A stretch of DNA of 64,000 nt, taken from assembly GCA_040954595.2 (NCBI GenBank), contig CM082595.2, positions 6,102,137 through 6,166,136 on the forward strand. Reading direction: 5' to 3'. The notes under the pieces are model-generated. The model saw only the letters and a program-made list of their open reading frames with translations, was not told the DNA's origin and did no database searches. The position numbers and the translations under genes are program-made. Positions 50,001 to 61,531 of this stretch are shown here, in pieces (position 1 is the first letter of the stretch; each line of letters opens with the position of its first letter). Origin of the DNA: Balanoglossus misakiensis (taxonomy: Eukaryota > Animalia > Hemichordata).

Positions 50001-53000
50001 AAACTTTGATTTTCGTCAAATCTGGGGAAACATATGCAATAATAACAGAACTTCATGACCTCTGCGCGCGATCTGTGCAATATGGATGTTATTTTCACTC
50101 GTGAGAAGGTGTATTCTTCTGCATTTTTACTCGCTGTCGCTCGTAAAAATACTCGGAAGAATACACCTTCTCACTCATGAAAATAAAATCCATATTGCAC
50201 AGATCGCGCGCAGAGGTCATGAAGTTCTGTCATAGGCCTATATGCAGATATCATTGGCAATACGCCTGTAGGCATATGCTTTCAAGTCAGTTTCTACGGG
50301 CCCTACTCAAAAACTAATACCATTACCCTAACTTCCTATATCCAACGTGCATTGTCTATATGTCTGTATGTAAATTTGTCGTGAAGGTTCGTTTTACATA
50401 AGCTTACAGGGGAAGTCAAAAAGTTCATGGCAGGCCTACTGAATTTTCTGCTCATTTGAATACTAGTAGTTAGAGAACTTTTACAATTTGTCAGCTAATT
50501 TGCATTTTGACAATATTGTAGGCTACATCACAAAAATATAGGCCTTACCTATAGCGAGTAGCCTAACTGAGGCTACTATGGGATATTTATCAGCCATGTG
50601 TTAATTAACTACTCTAGTTCGACAATTAACCCGACACGAAAAACGTAATACTATTATCCAACACAGAACCAGTTGGAGGTGATGACGCAATACCCGACCC
50701 AGAACCAATGCCTGTATACAGTACCGCAGTCCCTCTAGTCACGGACGACTGGCCTGCTGTTACTGATCAGCCAGGTAGCTTTATACTTGTATGCAACATT
50801 TAGTGCATACGTTTAATATTTACAACTTGCATCCAGAGTATTTCCACTCCACCATGATATTGTAATGTCATTTGAAAAGGGTGCTGTAGGACCAATGTTC
50901 ATGGTAAATTCATTTTCGGGTTATTATAGGCATTTAAGTTTGAAGAACGTTGCCATGTAGCTGTAACGACAGCCATTTCTCTGTTTCCAGTGTACCCTTA
51001 AAATTGTTTCTTAATTATTCACCAATTTTAAAAAAATGAGTGTTTCGCTTATTTTTAAACAGAAGTGTCTCTCTGCACACCAAACTTTTTGCAAAGGAAT
51101 GACTAGTCAAGGTGATTGTAAACAGCGATATATTACAATGGAATTCTGAGAGGAAAGTAGTAAATAATTTTGTTACGAAATTTGACAGACTGGGTGAGCT
51201 GGTTAATTGTTTGACTCTTAGAACTCAACAGTAACTGAATATTTTCTGTTTTCAACAGTTAGGCCTACTCCAGACGACACAATGACAGGTAAGACTATCG
51301 TTGACATTCATCTCTGAATTACAAAAGGCCAGGCATGTTTCACATACATCATGTACCGGTGTTATTTGCAGTTCAATCGGAAGCAGATACAGAACTATAG
51401 TCGTGAACATTATATTCTGATCTCCTTTTCCCAGTTGTTGCTATTGTGATACACACAAACTTTGGTTTGTGATAAATCTATTTATACACACGTGTATATA
51501 GGAAGAATGTGCAATAAGGGAGCCTTCAGTAATTATGAGGGGGTGGGTGGGCCAGGGGGATTCAGCGTACACCTGGACTGTAAAGTGTGACCCCCCCCCC
51601 CTTGCCCGACATGCTAAAACCTGACCCTCCCCTCCCTAACAACTTCTGTCTTCAATAGGTGTCTCCGTGTCTTGTGGTGACAAAACTATGGAAGTGGCCA
51701 TTTTGAGAGAGTTTATCTTGTACATGGATGCCTCCCTTCTGAACTTGCGTTGGAAGTCCTGTAGACCCTCTCAAAATGACACCCATCTTACTTTCTCGTT
51801 CGACATTGGATCTTGCGGAACCCAAATCGAGGTAGGTGTTTAAAGGGACAAAGTCTCTCTCTCGCTGCCCTTTTTCCATTAATTATATTTGATAAGAGAC
51901 AACGTTTGTTATTCTACATGTGGATATATAGTGAATGAACATTCAACCACACACAACTTCCATCCCTCTTATAGACAGGAGAGTGAAAAAAATCGCCAAA
52001 ATGAATAATCGTTCTTTACCATTTATTCATTTTGGGCGAGTATTTACTCTCATATCCTACAAACGAGATGGAAGTTGTGTGTGGTCGAATGTTGATTCAC
52101 CATATATCCACATGTAGAATAACATAAACGGCGTCTTGTATCAAACCTAAATAATGGGAAAGGGGCAGTGAGAGAGAGACTTTGTCCCTTTAATCACTGT
52201 GTTACCTTGTTAGGGAATTGAGTTTTATAAGGAATACAGTTTCAGGGTTTTTTCTGTGTTGATTACAAAAAAAAGACTACACAGCGACGAAACGCTCGGC
52301 TAAAATGGCTACCTCACATTTTTGATCCATCGAAGGAAACCCGTGAAGAAATCATCTACAAAAACACCATCCGGACCCCTGACGTGTCTCAATCAGCTGT
52401 CATCAGACGCTATCCGGACATCTCGATCCCGATCTCCTGTACCTATCCGAAACGCCTGAAGGTCAACTTCAACGACAAGTACGCCATCCCCACCAGGTAC
52501 GACAGCATACACGACGAGGAGCACGAGGCGGGACAGTTCGTGGGAGAGTTCAAGTTCTACCACGGCGAGACCTTCGAGGATCCGTACCCGGAGGACGCCG
52601 TTGTGGAGGCGAACTACCGGGAAGACGTGTACTTCGGGATCAACCTCAAGGACGACGGTGGCCAGATGACTCGATGGAAGATCAGGACAGATTCCTGCCG
52701 TGGGACCTCATCGTCAGATCCGGATGATGCAGAGGCGACCGGCTACACCTTCCTTGCCGACGGGTGAGTCAGGGTTATACCCCGACCCTCCGACAGATAT
52801 GATGCAGTCCAGGCCCTTGCAGATTCAACAACCGAGACATTCGAACGGGGGGTATTGAAACATGGGAATCGAGCCTATCACAGGAATAAACACCAGTTAT
52901 CGAAAAATAAAATGTCGAAGAGAACTTTATGCAGAGAACCGTGGTGGGAGACATATTCAATATGTTTTCAGTTTTTATTACATCCTGCTTCACGCAACGT

Positions 53001-53491
53001 CCTCAAACGCTCTACACATGGAAATGAAGTTCCAAAGTCCTGGCTCAGGCATAAAATGTCACCAAGTATCAATCTTCTCACAGTTTCTATATCCTATTTT
53101 TGATTGTCACAATTTTATTGGTATGGTTCATTTCAGGTGTTCTCAGGACGAGACCTTAGTTCGTTTTGAAAATAACGAACGCTTGCGTGAGACGTTTGCC
53201 ATTGAAGCATTCCGCTTCCGTGCTCGTGAAGTTGGTAACCTGGTAAATATAAACTGCAATTTTGTCTCCTTCGCTTCTTCATTCCCGGTATATTCCGTGT
53301 GTTGTTACCAACAGTTTCGTGTTTTTTCGTGAATGAATTACTAGTATCCTTACCAATAAATCTCCATCTCGCTCGTTGGCACACTTTTTCATATTTACAA
53401 AAAATATAGGCAGCGAAAAATTAGAGTTGAGTTTGGCTTGAGCAGCATAGCTGACTACGTTGATAAGTCGATCCGATTGTATTTGGTTTGT

Positions 53492-53587
<96 letters not shown>

Positions 53588-54306
53588 CTTTCAGGTGTAC
53601 ATGCATTGTAACATACTGGTATGCGACGTCAACACAACTCAGTCCTTTTGCGACGAGGGGTGTGGTGATGGCGAACACGAAATCACAAGACGTAATGTCC
53701 GCGGGTCAGGTGTTAGCACCCTGCGTGTGTCAACTGGTCCATTACTTATCAAGAGTCCAGAGGGCGCCCTTGGTGAGTGTGGAGACCCAGTTTCCAAAAC
53801 AGTTTACTGCATGCGAAGAAGTACTATTCAATATAAATTTTTCTACTTTTACTATAAAACGGAGTTCATAAGATTTCTATGAAACGGAGTTCATAAGGTT
53901 TATTGAGAGTTGTATTGTTTTTTCATCTACTTTGACGGAGGGTCTTAGGGAATTTGCTATCTTTGATTTTTGCGACCAGACGTTTTGAATGAAGAGAAGT
54001 CCACATAACAAATCGTAAAGATACCTTTGTCATCCTACTACATTGTACATGTATCAGGGTATTCGACTAAAACAGGCATGGTGCACCCCTATCAGTAGTC
54101 AAATTTCACATTTGATAGGCTTCCATGGAGACTTGATTTTGATTTGATTTGTCATTGCAGGCGAGTCAAAGAAAGCTGGAAATAAAATACCCACCATCGC
54201 GATTGCTGTAGTAAGCGCGGTGGTAACAGCGACGGTCGCCGCCATAGGCGTCGTCTTTTACCGTCGCAAACGCTGCGGCAGCATGGATGTGCAACAGCCG
54301 TACTGA
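47071..54306 (+). CDS. ZP-domain type I membrane protein (uromodulin/tectorin/ZP-like; 414 aa, 8 exons)
   Basis: Exons: 47071-47146 (signal peptide), 50667-50774, 51259-51288, 51659-51831, 52336-52763, 53137-53242, 53595-53772, 54161-54306 (1245 nt in frame). ZP motifs [45 protein letters not shown] and [10 protein letters not shown], then basic site RRNVR, hydrophobic patch VSTGPLLI, a TM helix and RRKR. Linkage of exon 1 is less certain than exons 4-8. Confidence 0.85.
48359..48826 (-). CDS. NOP10: H/ACA ribonucleoprotein subunit 3, Nop10 (64 aa, 2 exons)
   Basis: Exons 48826-48773 and 48499-48359 give [64 protein letters not shown], with the hallmark [17 protein letters not shown]. Confidence 0.97.
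49486..49890. repeat. Diverged tandem duplication of about 200 bp
   Basis: Both units start atgatcgccgaaac (49486, 49683) and share ttttcaacattc, gtcagaataaca, ggaacctcg and ctcgctatcgccagt. Confidence 0.8.
50045..50230. mobile_element. 186-bp near-perfect palindromic (fold-back) element
   Basis: acagaacttcatgacctctgcgcgcgatctgtgcaatatggat ... atccatattgcacagatcgcgcgcagaggtcatgaagttctgt; the arms pair almost to the centre. Confidence 0.8.
51844..52189. mobile_element. TTAA-flanked MITE (Kolobok-like AGG termini), family C
   Basis: TTAA-AGGGACAAAGTCTCTCTCTCGCTGCCC ... GGGGCAGTGAGAGAGAGACTTTGTCCCT-TTAA. A partial second copy lies at about 58190-58422. Confidence 0.85.
53494..53586. repeat. 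(GAT)31 microsatellite
   Basis: Direct observation; it ends 8 nt before the ZP exon starting at 53595. Confidence 0.95.
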
Positions 54307-55098
54307 TTGGTGTAAGGACATGACAATCGGGAGTGCAACAGCGCCCCAACGAGTCAACGGAATTTTTTATACAAGTACTGGACAAGATTTGCATAGAATT
54401 TCTGGCCCAGTTATTATCGAAGAATCTGAAGTCTTTATATTCCCAGTGAAAATTATTTCAGACCATGTATCTTAGCCTTTATTGTTAATTATTTTGTTTT
54501 CTTAGATTGTGACTTGTCATTAGGACAGACCCTAAAACTGTTCACAGAAATTTAAAAAAATATACCAAATAAGACATCTTTCTTTTGTTGAATATAAAAT
54601 TTGAATTTATTAATACACGATACATGAAAATGAAAGCGATGATAATATTAATTGGCACTTTACAGCTATCTTTAATTATTAAACAACTTCATAGAAAATC
54701 ATGCCCATTTCTGACAACAAAGTAGACTTGTGTACTTCATTTTCTCTCCAACAGAGATGTTTTTCTCTATTTTAATCTAACCTATGTCAGTGCTAGAACG
54801 TGACCTGAGGCAATGAGAAACTGTGCTCCCTGATTTAACCCTTACACCCCCAGTTCCCTCTATAGAAGTCCAACCTTCCCTTAGAAAACAATGGATTTGG
54901 ACTGGACTATAGTGGTGAAAGGGTTAAAGGTACACGGTCACCTCCAATTTACATACGCCTATACATTGTATATGCCTGAAATGACTTATTTGTACGTTCT
55001 GAAGAACATGTGATGGGGCTCTTTTTTTCGAATGTGCCACCCACTGAAAATCTGCGATTGGCTAGATCTCAATTTAATATCTTGAACCCTTTGAATGT

Positions 55099-56970
55099 TC
55101 AATCAGCAGAGGCTTTATGTTGCATGTTTATCCTCACCGTTGCTGCACTCATCTTGCCTCCATAGTGCCCCGCCCAGAACTGGGTGTCCATGGAACCGTC
55201 CTCAAAGATGATACTTCGAACACCTGGTCCATAATTTGAAAATGTGTGCTTCGTCTGTGCAAAAAGAAAGACAGACGAAAAAATTGAACTAATTGTATTC
55301 AAAATCCAATTTTCCCAAAAAAGCATGCCACTTAATCAATGTGTTTTACAAGTTAAAGTACCTGTAGTAATTTAGAATGAATACTGTCAAAATTTTCATA
55401 CAAATGATTTCGCTCTTTTCATTCACTGTTTTCTACACAGCTTGGGAACACCCAACTAAACATATAGACTGCTTTCTTCTGCAGCAGGTTTTACATGTGC
55501 TGGTTAATGAAATACTGATAGTTTTCCAAGTCTCATTTATTTCTTGAATTCCTTTTGAAAGCTAGGGCATTGAGCACATTTTACTCAAAACATCTCGGAC
55601 TGGATACCAAAAAAAAAATCGGACTTGGTACACAACAGACTTACTTTACACCACACAGCGTCGGACCACTGCGCCGTCGTCTGTGGGCCACACTGGAACT
55701 TTGCCACAAAATCATCTTTGAGGCGTTCGTTGACGGGCCGAGTCTGACGATGATGCAACCGAGTACCAGCACGGGAATCCAAACTTTCAAGGGCATTAAG
55801 GTCACCAGATGTGTAATTCCTCCTCTTGGATAGCGTAACTCTCATGGCCCATTTACTTCCACAGTCAAATCGCGCAGCGTGCCTGTGACATATAACATGT
55901 GACATACAGTTTACACTTGATGAATTAGTTTCCTCTCATAATTAAATTCCCAAAACATGCAGCTGCCATTTTTTGCATTATTTTATCTGATAGGTATATA
56001 CGTACATGTACACACATAGGATGCATCCCCTAGGCTTGTTGGCATGATGTTGGCACCCTCTCGCAATCAATATGGGTGCAATCACTGCCGCTTAAAATTA
56101 TGCCACTCACACGTTGGAGATATTACATCCCCCCTCACTCGAGTGGATATCCCCCAAAAATATTCTTGCAAAGGGGGACATACATGTATCCCCCCATGCA
56201 CGTTGATGCCATGTCATGGCTGGAACGCTGGGTAGGATAGGGGAACTTGTACAATGTATGGTGGTAAGGTCAACACGACTAGGTGACAATTCACATAATG
56301 CTACACACCACTCGGACACCTCAATGGCCGGCTGGATTTCATCCAAGACGTGTTCACTGCATCCTTCAGCAATGAGATCAACCACCTGCACTCTCCAGCA
56401 CCACTGATAGGACGTGGCAAAATTCTTGGTGGAATCACTCGTGTCGTGCAGCATTTCAACAGGCTTGGGCTTGCAGCCAGCATCGCCGTTCTCCACACGC
56501 AATCTATCACCGCCATCCATAAGGATGGTCCAACCAGTTGTAACTCCATCTGAAAGAGTTAAAAGCGGATCATTGTTGGGACTGGACCCCGTGGTTTAGC
56601 GGCATACATGTATCGGTGGAAGTGCATGTATGACTGACAGATATACATGTACATGTAGTGACTTACCGTCTCCGCATGGATTTTTGATCAAATTACGACC
56701 ATACGGATTTTTATAGTACACACTCCTCCACTCTTCCGGTGGTACGTTCACTAATTCCGCAACTGAACGCCCGGACCGGAGACACTTTATCTTCCAGAAC
56801 GTCGCCTGGTGAATCGCTCTGTGCCAGTCTTTGCAGACAAGCATGCAGTTCAGCAGATCACGGTCGCCTGCGAAAGTCAGAATCCTCATAAGTAGAGCCT
56901 CTGGTAAGTACGACAAATCGAGTTGAAAATCTGCATTTGGTGCGATTCCCGGGCTTTCCGTGTTACCCAT
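55099..56970 (-). CDS. F-box protein with FBA lectin domain (FBXO2/6/27/44 family; 312 aa, 4 exons)
   Basis: Exons 56970-56667, 56549-56309, 55882-55645, 55254-55099 (939 nt in frame). F-box LPEALLMRIL...LVCKDW; then RNLIKNPCG, FATSYQWC, QVVDL, ARFDCG, HTFSNYGPGVR and DTQFWAGHYG. Confidence 0.93.
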
Positions 56971-58189
56971 TCTGAGATGCTTTCATAGACGACCTGGCTG
57001 TGTTAAGATCAAAGTGTAAATGCTGCAGACAGATGAGAACTCCTTCAATTTCGTTTAATTCTGAGAGATGCGGTCTAACTTCCGCATTGCCATGATCTCA
57101 TTAGCGCGTCTGCAAATGGCACCAGATTCGGATTACCCACTATGATTTCAAGTAATGTTCGCAGTCAGCGATCATCACAGTAACCGCACCAAATTTTCCA
57201 CAAAACTTTTGCATCAAAGAGTATAAGAGAACTACTACGGTGTTGGTGCAACGGGTTATTAAGAAGTAAGAAATGAAAAATCTGTCAGAAGTGGCTCCGT
57301 TCTGTCACGTATTCGACCCGAATCTAAATCTGAATCCAGTACTAGTGCATTTGTTTTGATTTCGTAATCATCAGCCTGTACATTCGTTTTCACGTGATGC
57401 CTAGGACCAGTCATGCATGAGAAGTGATTCACGATATAGTTGCTGACATCTGCATTCTATATTAAATGAATATATTATATATATAACATAAATAACATCT
57501 CTTTGTATTCGTGCGCTTGTGCACACAATGATCGATCACAGCTGTTCTCTCTCGCGTTCGCTGTCCAAGGCTGTATTCAATGTCATTGGTGGATAAAAAA
57601 CGCCGACGTGTACGCTGGTTCTGCTCTATCGCATCACACAGTCGAGGTGGGCGGTGCGGATTGGCTACGTGGTCAGAACCAAGCACGTTGCAGGCAAGTA
57701 TGAACGTAGACAGAAGGGCGACGTGTCCGAGGAGGAGAACACGTTGATGGTAGAATAGCCCGCTGCTTTACCGCAGATTTAGCTTGGGGTGTTAATAACT
57801 ATACCACCGGGACATTGATGAATGTGAGGTCTATTGCCCCCAGTATGGCGTTATCGTTTATTAATAACATTTCTCCTTGTTTGATTGTTGGCTTAGCGAT
57901 TTTCCTGCCATATGGTGTATTCATACTTCACAAGAAGTGTTTTTTTTTTAATTTTTAACTAGTATATGCCTGCATGGTAAATTTAAATACTTTGCTGATT
58001 TAATCTTTATACATGTACATATATGATCACTACTGGGAAAATTTACTCTGCAGAACTGTAAGAGGAGATTTGGCCCCGATAATGTGACAGCGGTATACTG
58101 TTACATAACTTACAATAACACATCAGAATAACGGTTGGCCTTCTCATGGATGTCGACGTCATAATGGTAGTTTAAACATTCTATCCCAC

Positions 58190-58422
58190 TTGTAGACACG
58201 AGAGTGAAAAAAACTCGCCAAAATATGAATAATCGTTCTCTACCATTTATTCATTTTGGGTGAGTTTTACTCTCGTATCCTACAAACGGGATGGAAGTTG
58301 TGTGTGGTCGCACGTTGATTCACTATACATCCACATGTAGAATAACATAAACGTACGGTGTCTTGTATCAAACATAATTTAATGGAAAGGGACAGCGAGA
58401 GAGAGTCTTTAATGTCCCTTTA
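58190..58422. mobile_element. Partial copy of family C MITE
   Basis: Near-identical to about 51970-52193 (gagtgaaaaaa...tcattttgg...gatggaagttgtgtgtggtcg...gtccctttaa). Confidence 0.75.
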
Positions 58423-58626
58423 ACTGCTGTAATGAAGAGTTCTTTCTATTCACAGAAGTGCCATAAGGTGAATTGTTACAACGCGCCTTGATATAACTAC
58501 TGACAAGTTGAAACCTACAACTGGTCAAGTGCGATTGAGAGCCAGTGTGACGTATAAACTTCTCATTATTCCAGTTTCCACCAAGAAAGTTTTTGTCTGA
58601 TCGACGTGGGTAACTCTGTGCACAGG

Positions 58627-60036
58627 ATGGCGACCAATAACAATATACTCTCCGCACAGATTGAAGGACGAGAACTTTCTCCCTGGGAAGATGCTTTTGC
58701 CCAATTTCATGACTTGAATATTTTAAATAATTCATACGTATTCTTCCTGCAGTCTGAAGAGCCAATAACTGAGCATTTGTTGAAATCAAGTGCGCTCATG
58801 CTCTGCGCAGCTCATCCTATGCTGCGCATGTGCATTGCTCAGGACCAGGGCCGAAGATATTTTCGACCAATGTCAAGAGAGCTTTTAGATGTCAAAAGCA
58901 CTTCTGGGTCATGGGAAGTTGTCCATGTGAATGAGCTTTCCCGCCAATTTGATTTGCGCAATGGGCCACTCTGGAGGATTCGGGCGCTGGAAAACGAAAC
59001 CTCAAACAAGCCAGTGGATGGCGGCATTATCCAGACGACGATTATCTGTACGTTCTTCCAGGGGATAGTGGATGGCAATGCTGTGATGCGATTCATTGAC
59101 GGGTTGTTGGCGAACATGGAATCTGTCAGAGAAGGTACAGCATGCTTCAAAGAGAAGGCCGCACTACCCCTTTCAGTCGAAGCTGCTTTGCAACTGCCCG
59201 GCCCCACCGCTGCCGAGAAGCTGACATTTCAACAGCTGGCGGAGGAAAACGGCTTCACTCAAAGTCCCTACACTGCAAGATTCGGTGTCGAAATGGCGCG
59301 AGATCCCTCCACTCCCAAAGACACCAGATTAATCCCCATCGAGTTCCATCCCAAGCAAACTGCCAAACTGAGAAACCTGTGCAGAAAGCACAAGACCACT
59401 GTCAACGGCGCCCTGACAGCGGCAGCCGCGATTGCCATTTGTAAAATCATCCAAGGCGGGCGACTGACCGAAGAACGAGAAATTCTGGCCGGTTTCGCGG
59501 CAAACATGAGACGTTACTGCAAGCCCCCAGTCGATCCTGCCAGCTCATTTGCTAATTACGCTCCCGATATAGAATTCACTTTAACAGTACCAGCAGATGC
59601 GGACAGACCAGAGAATTTCTGGAAATATGCTGCGAAGTGCAAAAAGGAAACGACCTCGGTCATTGAAGCTGGAGAACCTCAATTAGTATTGAAGCATTTT
59701 CGCTATATGAAAGAGACTAACTACAGTATGAAACGATTCCTAAAACCCTATCTTGAGAACGAGATGGGTGGATATCGCGAGGATGTTTTGTTTTTCATGT
59801 CTAATTTGGGTAATATTGATTACCTGGCAGAAGACAGAAAGTTTCAAATCGTAGGTCGCCATTGCGCATGCGAAAACGCCCTGATGGGTCCAACTTTTAG
59901 TCATTACATAGCAACCATTCACGGGCGGTTACTGTGGAGTTTGGTCTTCCACAGTCACGTGACAAGGCGGGATCAGGCTCAAGAGTATGCAGATGAGATT
60001 GTTAGTATCCTGGAGAGAGCGATTAATATTGAGTGA
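58627..60036 (+). CDS. Intronless condensation-domain / alcohol acetyltransferase-like protein (about 469 aa)
   Basis: Long open frame, probable ATG at 58627 (the ORF track starts at GTG 58606). Motifs RELSPWE, HPMLRMCI, FDLRNGPLWRI, QGIVDG (HxxxDG position), CRKHKTTVNGALTAA, NMRRY and SNLG are typical of this CoA-dependent acyltransferase-like family. Confidence 0.85.
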   Translation: MATNNNILSAQIEGRELSPWEDAFAQFHDLNILNNSYVFFLQSEEPITEHLLKSSALMLCAAHPMLRMCIAQDQGRRYFRPMSRELLDVKSTSGSWEVVHVNELSRQFDLRNGPLWRIRALENETSNKPVDGGIIQTTIICTFFQGIVDGNAVMRFIDGLLANMESVREGTACFKEKAALPLSVEAALQLPGPTAAEKLTFQQLAEENGFTQSPYTARFGVEMARDPSTPKDTRLIPIEFHPKQTAKLRNLCRKHKTTVNGALTAAAAIAICKIIQGGRLTEEREILAGFAANMRRYCKPPVDPASSFANYAPDIEFTLTVPADADRPENFWKYAAKCKKETTSVIEAGEPQLVLKHFRYMKETNYSMKRFLKPYLENEMGGYREDVLFFMSNLGNIDYLAEDRKFQIVGRHCACENALMGPTFSHYIATIHGRLLWSLVFHSHVTRRDQAQEYADEIVSILERAINIE

Positions 60037-61531
60037 AGAGGCCAGTGAAGGGGCGCTGCAATCATGAATGAAATATATTAAGTGCACGTTTGTTTCACAG
60101 CAAATAATAGGGTGTGGTGTAAGGTATATAGCGACTTCTGCGCGGGTATAATTCATTTTACAGTTTATGTGTAAAGGAAATATTACGAATAAATTATACT
60201 TGGTTTATATAAAAAGTAGCATGAAAGTATACGCAATTTCGTATTCTTGGTAATATTAAGCCTTCATGGAAAGGATCAAATGTCGACCCGTCTGCTAGTA
60301 TGCGCACAAAACCTAACATCGATAGCACTGACGTCACTTATGCACTTATGCAATCGGTATGTGGGTAATTGGCGTAGAGGGCGCCATCCTCTAGGATTTT
60401 TCACATGCCATCTGTCAGTACATAATAGGCTTAACCTTCACTGACCTTTGAGTATCTCTATTATCACTCTCTAAAAATTCATGCCGTAAGTCATGAAATG
60501 TTTTAGCTTTCGTTGTTGAGAAGCAACCATCACTCTTGATCGAAGTTGATAAAATTCACCGAGACTGTAAAGCAAGTGCAATTTGAACCATTTATTGCAT
60601 GAAAGCTTATCAATCATGGAATTCTACAATTCGATAATGTTTGCTACATGAACAATTACAGACTATACATAACTAAGAATGTCAGTGATGGCAATAATCC
60701 TACAAGTCTCTTTATGGTTAGGAATGTCAACAGCACTGTATGTTACGGTGAGAAATTATTTTATTATACCGACGAAAATTGCCGTGCAAGTTTAAAACTT
60801 GCCAGCAACCGCAACCAAAAGGTGTTGAATCCTTCAGAGATGCCTGTAACCGTTGAACCCTGACCATCATGTCATATAATACCCGACAAGATTTATCATG
60901 CAATTGGGTGGATTTAAAGACTTTAATTTAGAAATCACCTATAATATAACAAAAAAGGTAAATACATTGTCCAGTTACAGGAAATTCTTGTATATTATAA
61001 AACATTAAACAAATGGAAATACTACAAAATAAATAATTTACAAATATGTCAAAAATAAACTCATAAATGTTCTTTCCTGAGAAAAAATAATGTGTTATAA
61101 ATATTGCACAATTTATAGCAACAAATAAGGCATAAAAAGAGTATACTATAATACATGGCATGGAAAACTATTCTATTTATAGTTAAAGTTTTGTCCCAGT
61201 TTACAGTGAGGGTAAAGGTGTTTTACACCTGTTTTAAATTCGATTGTTATTTCTTACCATTGTTGTAATAGTTATTGTTAATAAGACATGTAAGTTTTAT
61301 AATGCCGTTTCTTAATATCTGTTACCATGGCAGTGGTGGGAAGACATCAAGCATCAGAGAGACACAATGTACAGTCTAGGAGTACAATTTGGCAAGCCTA
61401 AACAATATAAGCTTAGTTAGTAGCTCAGGGCTGACCCCCCAGCCAATGCAAAATTCTAGCATTGTACTGTCTGCAGGTATGGGTCCCACAGGACACAGTT
61501 GCTAGGGAGTCAAAGTAGGAACAATGTGTAA

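Noticed and set aside
53421-53594. Poly-Asp and poly-Ser ORFs
   Set aside because: (GAT)n lies in the intron; the real exon starts at 53595 in a different frame from the poly-Asp ORF.
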